A stretch of DNA of 64,000 nt from a virus (taxonomy: Duplodnaviria > Caudoviricetes): IMG/VR virus record IMGVR_UViG_3300020577_014021. The stretch is one strand, 5' to 3'. Positions 1-10,164 of the stretch are shown in pieces. Position numbers and translations under genes: made by a program. The notes below the pieces were generated by a model. It was not told the origin of the DNA. It saw only the letters and a list, made by a program, of their open reading frames with translations, and did not search any database. The stretch's first letter is position 1. Each line of letters starts with the position of its first letter.

Positions 1-1772
1 CCGCCGCCGCCGCCTCCGCCGCCGCCATAAATTGTACCCGCTCCGCCGGCTCCAGCTGCTGCACCACCACTATTTGCACCACCGCCGCCGCCAGCTCCAC
101 CTGTTAAGAAAAGATCTGCACTTCCGGCTCCAGTCCAAGGAGTACCAGCCCCACCAATAGAAGAAGAACCAGCTTCGCCAGCAACTCCAGGGCCGCCACC
201 ATTGGCATACCAGCCATTAAAAAGATAAGCGTTAGACCCAATTCCGCCGTTACCAGGAACAACACCATTCCAAGACCCGCCGGCTCCGCCACCACATGCT
301 CCAATATAAACAGAGACAGAACCAGCTCCTCCGACCGCTCCTGCAGATGCACCTGGCCCACCAGCAAACATTCCAGCAACACCCCCTGCTCCGCCGGTGC
401 CTGTTGTAGCAGTTCCTTTTAACCCTTTGCTCCCACCGCCTGCCGAAAATACACCATTATTTGTTCCAACACTCATGGTGGTAGTTCCACCATTAACTCC
501 ATCGTTCCCATCCGTATCGTTTGTCGTAACTGCTGCACCTCCAGACCCACCGGCTCCGATTGTAACCGATTCAGTAGCGCTGAAAGATGATGCTCTGAGT
601 GTTATATCAACAACAGCTCCACCGCCACCACCTCCACCGCCATAGGCTGCCGCTGCCCTTCTAGCCCCTGATCCGCCACCTCCACCGCCGCCAATAAGGA
701 TCACTCTAACAAAATTTCCTGCTGGTTTAGTCCAAGTCCCTGTTGCAGTAATTACTTGCACAGTAGGAGCTGCTGTAGAAATAGTGGGATTCCCACTTAC
801 TCCGTCTCCGTTGGAAACTGAAATCCCTGTACTTGCTGTGATTGTTCTAGTACTCCAGCTACTTGTACCAGTTCTAGCAGCAATACCATTGGAGGCTAGG
901 GCTTCAAGAGCAGATAAATCATTTGCAAGTGCTAAAGTTGGATTGCCTGAAACGCCAGAACCATTCGTAACGGTGATACCGGCAGCAGGCCCTGTTAATG
1001 TACGAGCTGTATAAGTATTAGCAGCTGTACGAGTTACAGTTCCTGTTCCAATGGTGGAGGAATCCATTCCAGTTCCACCACGAGCTTCTGCTAAAGTGCC
1101 TGTGGTTATATTACTAGCGTTTAAAGATGTAAGGCCCGATCCAGATGTACTACTACTAGCAGCTGTTAATTGTCCTTGAGCATTAACAGTAAAAGTTGGT
1201 ATTTGCCCTGCTGTTGGATATGATGCCGCCGATACAGTTGTATTCGTAATAGAAACCGTTGGATTTCCTGATACTCCATCGCCATTTGCTACTGTAATAC
1301 CCGTAGATGCAGTAATTGTCCTATTAGTCCATGTATCTGTAGCAGTTCTAACACCAAAACCTGTTCCAGATAATGCTTCTAAGGCAGCTAAATCATTTCC
1401 TAGTGATAAAGTAGGATTTCCAGCAACACCAGAACCATTTGTAACTATAATTCCTTCTGCAGGTCCAGTTAATGTCCTTACGACATAAGTATTAGCAGCA
1501 GTTCTTATTATAGTTCCAGTACCTAGGGCAGAAAAATCAGCACCTGTCCCGCCACGAGCTTCTGCCAAAGTTCCTGTTGTTATTTTACTTGCATCTAAAC
1601 TAGGGATAGATCCAGCAGGTAAAGCCCCTATGCTAATGGCATTAGAAGCAACAAGAGCTACATGTCCATTAGTTAACCCAGTGCTAACATCTTGCTCAAA
1701 TCCCCCATTTTCTTTTTTTACATTGCTAACCGCTACAACGCCAGTACTTTCATGCGTTAAAACCTTCGTCAT
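1..1772 (-). CDS. Gly-rich tail fibre/virion protein, 3' end beyond window (not in ORF track)
   Basis: Read manually from ATG at 1772: [18 protein letters not shown]...; open to position 1; internal ~158-aa duplication ([11 protein letters not shown] twice); C-terminal '[21 protein letters not shown]' Gly-rich domain typical of phage fibre proteins. Confidence 0.8.
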   Translation of the reverse strand, partial: MTKVLTHESTGVVAVSNVKKENGGFEQDVSTGLTNGHVALVASNAISIGALPAGSIPSLDASKITTGTLAEARGGTGADFSALGTGTIIRTAANTYVVRTLTGPAEGIIVTNGSGVAGNPTLSLGNDLAALEALSGTGFGVRTATDTWTNRTITASTGITVANGDGVSGNPTVSITNTTVSAASYPTAGQIPTFTVNAQGQLTAASSSTSGSGLTSLNASNITTGTLAEARGGTGMDSSTIGTGTVTRTAANTYTARTLTGPAAGITVTNGSGVSGNPTLALANDLSALEALASNGIAARTGTSSWSTRTITASTGISVSNGDGVSGNPTISTAAPTVQVITATGTWTKPAGNFVRVILIGGGGGGGSGARRAAAAYGGGGGGGGAVVDITLRASSFSATESVTIGAGGSGGAAVTTNDTDGNDGVNGGTTTMSVGTNNGVFSAGGGSKGLKGTATTGTGGAGGVAGMFAGGPGASAGAVGGAGSVSVYIGACGGGAGGSWNGVVPGNGGIGSNAYLFNGWYANGGGPGVAGEAGSSSIGGAGTPWTGAGSADLFLTGGAGGGGGANSGGAAAGAGGAGTIYGGGGGGGG

Positions 1773-1803
1773 GCTATATTACCCTCTTCTATAATAGTAA
1801 AAA

Positions 1804-3687
1804 TTATCGACTTAATTCTATATATTTCAATGTAGCATGTTCACTGGTTGGAGCAGCGGTAATTGGACGACACTGAACTGTACCAGCAGTGGTAGACCAC
1901 TGTAATTTTACAGTATGAGAACCAGCAGATAAAGAAGCCATATGTTCAATAGCACCACAACAAAATTGATTAGCAATTGCTGGTGTAGAAAATGTTGCAT
2001 TTTTAACTACAGAACCATCAATTAACAAAGCAACTCTATTATTAGACCCTACAGCTGAAGTATTAGACATTGCAAAAGAAGCACTAATGCTTAATTTACT
2101 ACCAATAGATGTAGTAATAGTAAAAGTAGATCCGCTTAAATCAACTAAACTTGCTGAAGTAGTCGTTTGATCAGCAACTAAATCAACAGCACCTGCTTGT
2201 AAAATATTTGCTGTAACTCTACTAATAATTGGGCCTTCTGAAAAAATACCAGGATTACCTACAGATAATCCTGTTCCAACATTCAGATTTCCCTGAACAT
2301 CTGCATCTTCATAAACTTTCAATCTGCCCATTTGAGCATGAGCAGTTTTCAAATTAGCTGTTTCTAATCCACCCAAATCAGTAATAGTGATTTTATCAGG
2401 GTTGGTTGAATAAGTAAGATAAGCATATCGTCCAGCAACATATACCGCTGCAGGTGATGCTGCAGTGGTAATTGTAGCTACTTGTGCTGGATTAGCAGGA
2501 TCAGAAACATCAATTGCTCGTAAAGCAGTAAAACTGCTAGATACCATATAAAGGTATCTGCCAGATAAAAAGATAAAACCATTACCATTAAATGAAGTAG
2601 TAGCTGTTAGCAAGCTAGGTGTTGTGGGATTAGATACATCAACAACTGCTATTCTACCACTTGTATTAACTGCATATAAATAACGACCAGATACTTCAAG
2701 ACTAAAACAACCACCTGTATTAAATCGACCACTTACTAAAGTGGGATTAAGAGGATTAGAAATATCATATATAGAAATAGTACTGTTTGTACTAGCGCAA
2801 GTATAAAGATATTTACCTTGAATAACCATTTTTCCACAAACACCATTATCCATTGCAGCCGTAGCAACAATAGTAGGTGAAGATGGAACAGATACGTCAA
2901 TTACTTTAATTGAGCTAGAAGCACCATTATTTAAGAATGCATAAGCGTATTTCCCAGAAACAACTATTGAACGCGCATCACTAACTGCTACAGATCCAAC
3001 AGATACAGGCACAGCGGGATTAGAAATATCAACAACATAAACTAAATTACCAGGACTTGCCGAAGCAACATAAGCGTAATTTCCTTGAACTGCTAAACCT
3101 CGTAATTGACCAGTTAAAGTAACATTTCCAACGTTTGCAGGCGCTAAAGGATTTGTGATATCAATTACACTTAATACTGCAGCAGACAAATCTGTAACAT
3201 AAGCATATTTACCTTGAACTTGTATGGTAAATCCATTATTGCCACCAAGATTAACAGAGCTTACAGTAGAAAAAAAACTGTTGGTGCCATAAATATTTTG
3301 CATTGCGCCATAAACATCTAAAGCATAAGCTGGTGTAGCAGTTCCAATGCCTAATCGATGATTTGTGGCATCATAAAAAAATCTACTATTATCTTGGCTA
3401 TAAACTCCCGAAGCTCCTGCAAAAATAACAGAACCTTGTGTAAAAACAGTGCTTGTGCCTGTTCCACCAACTGCAATGGTCAAAGTACCAGCTGTAATTT
3501 TTGATGCATTCAAACTAGGAACTGCAGCAGCCGTTAAAGCACCAATAGTGATAGCATTTGTAGCTACTATTGCTACGTGCCCATTGGTTAAACCAGTAGA
3601 AACATTTTGACCAAACCCACCATTTGCGGTAGCAACAGTATCAACTGCAACTACGCCAGTATTATCATGTGTAAGTATTTTTGCCAT
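1804..3687 (-). CDS. Tail fibre/receptor-binding protein with LVIVD-repeat beta-propeller
   Basis: About 7 repeats of 'V.G.YAYV....L.V.DISNP..P'; 'RLGIGTATPAYALDV' fibre motif; N-terminus paralogous to the 1-1772 ORF. Confidence 0.8.
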   Translation of the reverse strand: MAKILTHDNTGVVAVDTVATANGGFGQNVSTGLTNGHVAIVATNAITIGALTAAAVPSLNASKITAGTLTIAVGGTGTSTVFTQGSVIFAGASGVYSQDNSRFFYDATNHRLGIGTATPAYALDVYGAMQNIYGTNSFFSTVSSVNLGGNNGFTIQVQGKYAYVTDLSAAVLSVIDITNPLAPANVGNVTLTGQLRGLAVQGNYAYVASASPGNLVYVVDISNPAVPVSVGSVAVSDARSIVVSGKYAYAFLNNGASSSIKVIDVSVPSSPTIVATAAMDNGVCGKMVIQGKYLYTCASTNSTISIYDISNPLNPTLVSGRFNTGGCFSLEVSGRYLYAVNTSGRIAVVDVSNPTTPSLLTATTSFNGNGFIFLSGRYLYMVSSSFTALRAIDVSDPANPAQVATITTAASPAAVYVAGRYAYLTYSTNPDKITITDLGGLETANLKTAHAQMGRLKVYEDADVQGNLNVGTGLSVGNPGIFSEGPIISRVTANILQAGAVDLVADQTTTSASLVDLSGSTFTITTSIGSKLSISASFAMSNTSAVGSNNRVALLIDGSVVKNATFSTPAIANQFCCGAIEHMASLSAGSHTVKLQWSTTAGTVQCRPITAAPTSEHATLKYIELSR

Positions 3688-3708
3688 TTTAATTTAGATC
3701 CTTGTGAA

Positions 3709-4242
3709 TTAGACAATTATAGGAGTTTGTGGTTGCCAAGTGCAAAAAACAGTACCGCCTTCACCGATAATGTATGTTCCAATATCTAAAATTCTTCCGA
3801 GAATAAAACTAATTTGACCAGGTGTAGTTGGCTCAATATTTGTTGCATTGCCGGCAGTAATTGGAGATAAAAAAACTCGATCTCCGGCAGTAAGAGTCAT
3901 ACCAGGTCCAAAATACATGGTAACTTTTCCACCAACTGTAATTTGAGAAGCAACACCTTCATAAACACCTATTGCCCCTGATGTGGCCAAGACATTTGCT
4001 TGAGCTAAGTCTATAGTATTAAAACCTGTAATGTAATAAATGGCACCAACAAATGCTCCACCTGCAAAAGTTAATCCATCAATCACAAGTTTAGTACTAC
4101 CTCCACCACCACCTGGAGTTGTGGGTTCCCACTTTCCACTATCATTGTGATATTCTAACACCTGACCATCTGTGGGTGGGGTTGGATCTACAGGGACACC
4201 TTGAATTTTAACGGCATTTCCGCCAGAATTTATTTGACTCAT
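3709..4242 (-). CDS. Virion structural/fibre-associated protein
   Basis: 'PTDGQVLEY....KWEP' fibre motif; 'LTAGDRVFLS..AG..T..EPT..GQ' motif seen in phage decoration/fibre proteins. Confidence 0.6.
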   Translation of the reverse strand: MSQINSGGNAVKIQGVPVDPTPPTDGQVLEYHNDSGKWEPTTPGGGGGSTKLVIDGLTFAGGAFVGAIYYITGFNTIDLAQANVLATSGAIGVYEGVASQITVGGKVTMYFGPGMTLTAGDRVFLSPITAGNATNIEPTTPGQISFILGRILDIGTYIIGEGGTVFCTWQPQTPIIV

Positions 4243-4247
4243 GCAAT

Positions 4248-4257
4248 AAGATTAAGT
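4248..4257 (-). promoter_or_regulatory. ACTTAATCTT motif, candidate phage late promoter (one of about 7 copies)
   Basis: Same motif at 14482, 26558, 34248 (1 mismatch), 38898, 39165 and 44312, always just upstream of - strand genes of the structural cluster. Confidence 0.6.
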
Positions 4258-4304
4258 TCAAAAACAAGAATTATAAATTCTTTACTTCCCAAAACAAATT
4301 TTTA

Positions 4305-4313
4305 TGCTATAAT
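4305..4313 (+). promoter_or_regulatory. Extended -10 promoter (TGCTATAAT) for the glycosyltransferase operon
   Basis: TGnTATAAT about 30 nt upstream of ATG 4342. Confidence 0.5.
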
Positions 4314-4341
4314 ATGAAAAACCTTTCAATATGAATACATT

Positions 4342-5367
4342 ATGATTGATTTAGAATTAGTTAAACAAGATATCCTTGATATTGTTATAAAAACCAATAC
4401 ATTTAATACAATGGACATCAGTTGGATTACCTCTATTTTATATAGGTCTGATGGTAAAAATGGAGTAGATCAATTAAGACCATTGGCTTTGTTGTGTGAA
4501 AAATACAACAATGATAAAAAAAATCTAACGCCATTTCAAAGCTATATGGTTGAATTAGAAATTCAACACCATTTATATGCAGCTAAATCACTTTATAGTC
4601 GTCAAAAATCCATTTTAATTGGTGTACCACAAAGAAAAAAACATCATAAATTTTATGTTCCAAATCTTTATGGTTTTATTAATCCACAAGGTATAAAAGT
4701 TGAAATTGATACCTGTTTTGGTTTAGGTTATTGTGAATCAAGACATTATTTTGTAGAAAAAGCTTTACAAAAAGATAAAGATTATACACATGTTTTTTTT
4801 ATTGATGATGATATTCTAATCCCAATAAATGCTTTAGGTATTATGCTTGAATATAATGAACCAATCATTGGTGCAAATTATATGAAGCGAAATGTTTTAC
4901 TTGAAAGTGTTTGTACTGCTATAAATGAAGATGCTCAATTTATTTTTTCTAATAAAGAGGTCAAGTGCAAAAAAAATGATTTATCTTTAGTTCCTGTTAA
5001 TGCCATGGGACTTGGTTGTACTTTGGTTTCTATAGAAGTTTTCAAAAAACTTTCCAAACCATATTTTCAATTTGTGCATGATATTGATGCCCAGGGAAAT
5101 AAAAGAAATTTAATTTTAGGAGAAGACACATATTTTATTCATAAGGCAATTACTTGTGGATTCACTCCTAAAGTCATTCCTGGTTTAATACCTATCCATA
5201 CTGATTTACAAACTGGGCATCAATTTGGCCCTGAATGGTTAATTGATCCAAACACAAAACAAATTAAATCAGAATTATTTAATCATTATTGTCAGTTTGC
5301 ATGTAAACCGCAAGAGCTTTTTGCATCAGATGTTGACACTATTTTTTCGACACCTACAAGGAAATAA
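4342..5367 (+). CDS. GT-A fold (GT2-like) glycosyltransferase
   Basis: 'THVFFIDDD' DxD motif, 'MGLGCTLV..EVF', 'GEDTYF' catalytic region. Confidence 0.75.
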   Translation: MIDLELVKQDILDIVIKTNTFNTMDISWITSILYRSDGKNGVDQLRPLALLCEKYNNDKKNLTPFQSYMVELEIQHHLYAAKSLYSRQKSILIGVPQRKKHHKFYVPNLYGFINPQGIKVEIDTCFGLGYCESRHYFVEKALQKDKDYTHVFFIDDDILIPINALGIMLEYNEPIIGANYMKRNVLLESVCTAINEDAQFIFSNKEVKCKKNDLSLVPVNAMGLGCTLVSIEVFKKLSKPYFQFVHDIDAQGNKRNLILGEDTYFIHKAITCGFTPKVIPGLIPIHTDLQTGHQFGPEWLIDPNTKQIKSELFNHYCQFACKPQELFASDVDTIFSTPTRK

Positions 5368-5370
5368 AGC

Positions 5371-6435
5371 ATGAAAACTTTTCAGGAAGTTCTATCAGAC
5401 CGTCAACAAACATTAAAAACACGGAATATTCCAGCACTTGAAGAAAAAAATGAAATTTCTGTTATTGCAGAAAAAAATAAAACACTTGTTTCAGATTTTA
5501 AAAAACAAGTTTTATCTAAAGATTTACAAGAAATTCCTGCATTGAATGTTGATTTGATTCTGCACAACAATAGTATTAATCCAGAATTAAGAAATAAACT
5601 TTCTTTAATTAAAGATGAATTGGTACATGGTTATCATATTGTACCTAGAAGAAGAACTGATTGTGAGAAACGCATTTCCGTACTGCAAGATAATCGTTTC
5701 ACCACGCATGGTTCAAAATTTTTTCAAGCAAATTTAGAACAACAAGTACATCAACAAAATTTAGTTGGAGTCACATTAGAAATTGAAGAAATCAATATTG
5801 AACTAGAAAAATTATTATATGAATATAAAAAATTAGAAAATAAAATAGAAAAAAGTAAAGTAAACAAAAAATATAATGATGAAGCATCAGAAGTTTTAGA
5901 AAAAGGTTCAGACCAAGAAATTTATGCTTTTGACAAAAGCACTGATGAAATTTTTCTTCTAGAAAAAGATTTACAGATTTTGTCAATAAAAATAAGAAAA
6001 AAACTTGTTCAACTCAAAGAACAAAAAATGAATGCTGAAAATGAATCTCTAGAATTACTTGAATGGAGTAAAATTAAAGAAGAAGAATTTGCTTTGGCCT
6101 TGTTTGCAAATGAAGCTTTTGATCCTAACGATGTTAATTATGGGCAATACGTACATTTGGCTAAACGATTTTTTTACAATTATTTGAACACACATACTAC
6201 TAATGCTGATGCTACAACAAGCGATGTTTTGAACATTGATGGGCTGTGTCTTACTGCTTTAAATGTTGGCATCAAACATAATTTACTTGGACAAATGTTT
6301 GATGGATTTTCTGAAGATCAAATTAAATTTATTTGGAATGGAATTTTTGGACAAGAATTAGATTTTTTTAAAGATGAGGAAGGTTTAACTAGATTTAAAG
6401 TCAGACAAACATCAATTACCACTTCTCAAAATTAG
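5371..6435 (+). CDS. Coiled-coil hypothetical protein
   Basis: Long E/K/L heptad-like region; 3 nt after the glycosyltransferase stop; 3' end overlaps the convergent gene. Confidence 0.65.
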   Translation: MKTFQEVLSDRQQTLKTRNIPALEEKNEISVIAEKNKTLVSDFKKQVLSKDLQEIPALNVDLILHNNSINPELRNKLSLIKDELVHGYHIVPRRRTDCEKRISVLQDNRFTTHGSKFFQANLEQQVHQQNLVGVTLEIEEINIELEKLLYEYKKLENKIEKSKVNKKYNDEASEVLEKGSDQEIYAFDKSTDEIFLLEKDLQILSIKIRKKLVQLKEQKMNAENESLELLEWSKIKEEEFALALFANEAFDPNDVNYGQYVHLAKRFFYNYLNTHTTNADATTSDVLNIDGLCLTALNVGIKHNLLGQMFDGFSEDQIKFIWNGIFGQELDFFKDEEGLTRFKVRQTSITTSQN

Positions 6436-8380
6436 CATCATTACTTGAATTTGTAATTAAATTCATTCTTCCGTTAAATCCTAAAACATAATCCTCAGCT
6501 TCTGAAACACTTTTGGCCAAAGTATGATTTAAAATTTCTACTGTGGTACAAGCAATTGTTTCAGTAGCGTGCTGAGAATGAATTGCACTACATGTAATAG
6601 TATTAGTACTCACAGAATTTACCACATAAGTACCAAAATTAAATTGACTACCAGCAGGACCACTAGTGGGTGCACATGGTACATAAATAACAGAATTCAC
6701 TATAGCTAATTTAGCTAATGTGCTAGCTGAAATTGTACCAGTCAAATTAAATGTAAAAATAACATTTGGTGCAGTATAAGTAATATTTGTAGTAGGTAAA
6801 CCAATAATTCTATTGCCCCATACTAAAGCAGCATCGCCGCTTGCTCCTTGATTTGCTGCATTTGGATTTTTTATAGTAACAGATGTGCCACCACTAAAAT
6901 TTACAACTGGGAAAAGACCATTGTTAACAGTTGTTGCTGAACCAGTAATATTTAACAACATACCCTTTGTTATTTCAGTATTACTTGTTCCTAAAATGAC
7001 TGTAGCCGTGCCATCTACATTTGCTGTAATAGAAGTAATTGATCTAATAGATTCTAAAAAATAAGTTGATGGATAATGAACAAATTTTTCAAGACCAAAA
7101 TATCGTCTATAAGGAATACGATGTGTTACAATATCACCAGACATCACATTCGCTATATATGAAGCATTTACCACATTAGTAGCAATGCCAATTTTCATAG
7201 CACCCATGGCATTAGCAAAATTCAACTTGCGATAAATGCTCTGAGTATAAATTTCTGTAGTATTTAATTTTGTAGTTCCATTAGTAGTTCCAGCAGCTAC
7301 AATCATTTTATTTCTACTACCTGCATTTGCTGCAGCAGCACGTACACCAAGACTTAAAAAACTACCACTGCCCCATGTTATACCATTAAAAAATTCAGAT
7401 AAAGAATAACATGTAATAGAAGAACTTACTGCACTAGAACCACCTGAAACAGTTGCATTAATAGCATTCCCAGCAATTTGGTGAGAACTTCGTGAAAAAT
7501 TTAAATTCGATCCTACAGTATAGTTGTAGCCATTAAAAAAAGCAGTACCAGAATAACGGATGCTACCAACAGGACTATCGAGTCCACCACAAATAAAATG
7601 AGAATTATCTGAACCAATACCTTTTGCTGCAGTTACACCTACATTCGCAGTTAATGCACCCAGTGGTAATTCAACCCATACAGCACCATTAAAATATTCT
7701 CCATCGCCATCAGAATTATACCAAGCTGAGTAAAATGTACCGCCGCTTGCTCCCCAAGCATTAGAGTTTTTTCCTGTTGAAGTTAAAGCCCAGGTATCAC
7801 CATTAAAAGCTTGTGTAAAACTATACCCAACCAATCCACCAAAAATCCTCCCGCCTCTTGCCCATGCGGCAGTTTGAGATCCTCCGCCATTTAAAGCATA
7901 TAATTCACCTGTGCCAGGAGTTGCAGGTGCAGTCAATAAAGAGTTGGCTGACATGGCCCAAGTAGAACCATTAAATGTTTCAGTAGAGCTTAAAGCAGCA
8001 ACTGCTGTTTGGCCACCAGCTAACCAAGCTGAAAATTCAGATCCGCCTGATGCTGGATACTCGCGCGCCGTATTAATATTGGCGCTGGCATTTGCCCAAG
8101 TTCCTGGGCCATAAATACCAACAAAATCACCTTCTTGAACATCGGTATCAATTGTAACACTTGAAGCAATTTGTGAATAAAATGGTTTCCATCCACTCAC
8201 ATTATTAGCAATAGTACAAATCCAAATAGTGCCACCAATATAATCTACATATATAGCTCCAATATTTGGTGAGCTTTTTTGACCAATTGGGGAACCCTCC
8301 CCACGATATAACATGCGTTGAATCTGATGAATACCAGGAGGAGTCCTAAAGTCTTCTGCTCTTACTATTTGTTGACTCAT
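6416..8380 (-). CDS. Kelch-like beta-propeller virion/fibre protein (paralog 3)
   Basis: Repeats 'GG...TE.FNG.TW' with ~45-aa spacing. Confidence 0.7.
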   Translation of the reverse strand: MSQQIVRAEDFRTPPGIHQIQRMLYRGEGSPIGQKSSPNIGAIYVDYIGGTIWICTIANNVSGWKPFYSQIASSVTIDTDVQEGDFVGIYGPGTWANASANINTAREYPASGGSEFSAWLAGGQTAVAALSSTETFNGSTWAMSANSLLTAPATPGTGELYALNGGGSQTAAWARGGRIFGGLVGYSFTQAFNGDTWALTSTGKNSNAWGASGGTFYSAWYNSDGDGEYFNGAVWVELPLGALTANVGVTAAKGIGSDNSHFICGGLDSPVGSIRYSGTAFFNGYNYTVGSNLNFSRSSHQIAGNAINATVSGGSSAVSSSITCYSLSEFFNGITWGSGSFLSLGVRAAAANAGSRNKMIVAAGTTNGTTKLNTTEIYTQSIYRKLNFANAMGAMKIGIATNVVNASYIANVMSGDIVTHRIPYRRYFGLEKFVHYPSTYFLESIRSITSITANVDGTATVILGTSNTEITKGMLLNITGSATTVNNGLFPVVNFSGGTSVTIKNPNAANQGASGDAALVWGNRIIGLPTTNITYTAPNVIFTFNLTGTISASTLAKLAIVNSVIYVPCAPTSGPAGSQFNFGTYVVNSVSTNTITCSAIHSQHATETIACTTVEILNHTLAKSVSEAEDYVLGFNGRMNLITNSSNDANFEKW

Positions 8381-8382
8381 TA

Positions 8383-10161
8383 TTACATCCCTGTTCTAGA
8401 AAAATAAGCACTTGTTTGAAACATTTTATCTATATTCAAAATACCATTACCGTCTGTTTGTCCAATTACAATATCATCAGCATCTATACAATCTACACAC
8501 AACATAGTCGTAATCAATTGCATGGTACCAGTTCCAGGATTTTGACTGGTGCCTGCTGCATTAGTTACAGCAATAGTATTAGATGAAATAATAATATTTT
8601 TAACAATAAAAATACCAGTATTATTTGCACTTAAAGGATTAGCCCCACTGGCTGCTACAATAGCAATATTTCCAGGAACAATTTGTAAAGATGGAGTAGC
8701 GCTTATAGAATAAGTAGCTAAAGTACCAGTTACACCAACTTGCAATACATTATATCCAGCAGAAATATCTGCTTGATTTCCTATTGCTGTTAACATTTGT
8801 CTATTGACTACTAAATATTTATTAGCTGGATATTTTGTTGGAGACTGATACCCTCTCATTAAAGCAGAACTTGATCCATAATAAATAGATGCTTTATTAA
8901 AACTTTTGGCATACTGTGGATATAATTTTTTATATGTAATAGTTTCCGTATATGTTTCTGTGGAACGCAAACCAACTGGGGCCAAACCCGTTGCAGAACG
9001 ACCACCCATCGCAATACAATCCGTTGCACTTCCAGGTGCTTTTGTTTGTGTCCCAATACGTGCAACATTCATGTTTATATGTGTATTAAAAGTTACCCCA
9101 TTGAAAATTTCTGTAGAACTATAAGCTGCAGCAGTTGGGGATACTTGATCACTTCCGCCCATTTTATAAGCCATTAATGGATTCCCACTTAAATAACAAT
9201 TAATAGCTGTTGCATTATTAAAAGTAGAAGTTAAATATAAAGCATTAACCCCATTATATGAAAATGCCACGGGACGAAAAATACTACCAGGAAAATAAGA
9301 ACTTAAAAATATAGCTGCATTTACGCTACCTGATGCAGATGCATCATTGTCTCCATTGAATCCATTATTATTAATTAATATTCCATCAGAAAACCAGGTA
9401 GCCCCATTAAATTTAGTTACAAAATGAAAACCTGTTGAGCTATAGTTACCATATATTAGCCCAGAATACGAAGTGCCAGTTGCTGCGTGTCCTTCAATAG
9501 CACCTATTCCTGGTACGTTGCCACTTCCAGCTACCCAAGTAGAACCATTATATAATTCACAACTACTTAACGTTGTAGACCCATCACTGTTACCTCCAAC
9601 ACAAACAGCCCCATTTGTACTGCCAAAAATATTGGCACCAAAACCTCGTGGATTATCATCACTATATCTTTGACTATTCAGAGAACCGGTTGACGCCCAA
9701 GTAGATCCATTAAATATTTCAACTAAATTATAATTGGTACCATCACCACCTGCATTTAATGCTTGATTTCGAGTGCCACAGCCATTATTCAATGTATAAG
9801 TAATACTTAGATTATTTCCATTTGTCCAAGCACCTAAACCAAAAGTTCCTACTAAATCACCTGCAGTTGGAGTATAAGCACCTGATCCAGTAATACTTAA
9901 ACTACCTTCTGTTGACGTTCTGTGATGTCCACCTTGAATGTTATTAGAAGCATTACTTAATTCTAACCATGTTGTCCCAGGAGTTGGGCTGGAAATATTT
10001 AAAAAAAAGCTACCACTAGTTGTGTTTACATATATAGAACCAGTAGGGGCACTGAAACTTGGATTAATAGTACCAGTTGAAAAATAAACAGGACTAACCA
10101 GAAATTTCTCTGGCGCCATTTCATCATTAAATACATCTTGAAAAGTTAATTTAGCAGCCAT
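8383..10161 (-). CDS. Kelch-like beta-propeller virion/fibre protein (paralog 2)
   Basis: 'EIFNGSTW', 'ELYNGSTW', 'KFNGATW', 'EIFNGVTF' repeats. Confidence 0.7.
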   Translation of the reverse strand: MAAKLTFQDVFNDEMAPEKFLVSPVYFSTGTINPSFSAPTGSIYVNTTSGSFFLNISSPTPGTTWLELSNASNNIQGGHHRTSTEGSLSITGSGAYTPTAGDLVGTFGLGAWTNGNNLSITYTLNNGCGTRNQALNAGGDGTNYNLVEIFNGSTWASTGSLNSQRYSDDNPRGFGANIFGSTNGAVCVGGNSDGSTTLSSCELYNGSTWVAGSGNVPGIGAIEGHAATGTSYSGLIYGNYSSTGFHFVTKFNGATWFSDGILINNNGFNGDNDASASGSVNAAIFLSSYFPGSIFRPVAFSYNGVNALYLTSTFNNATAINCYLSGNPLMAYKMGGSDQVSPTAAAYSSTEIFNGVTFNTHINMNVARIGTQTKAPGSATDCIAMGGRSATGLAPVGLRSTETYTETITYKKLYPQYAKSFNKASIYYGSSSALMRGYQSPTKYPANKYLVVNRQMLTAIGNQADISAGYNVLQVGVTGTLATYSISATPSLQIVPGNIAIVAASGANPLSANNTGIFIVKNIIISSNTIAVTNAAGTSQNPGTGTMQLITTMLCVDCIDADDIVIGQTDGNGILNIDKMFQTSAYFSRTGM

Positions 10162-10164
10162 CCA

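Noticed and set aside
1-700. GC-rich CCG/CCA repeats as microsatellite or foreign DNA
   Set aside because: Explained by Gly codons of the fibre gene
104-1014. Short ORFs 104-382, 397-645 and 784-1014 in the track
   Set aside because: Shadows of the long Gly-rich - strand ORF 1-1772
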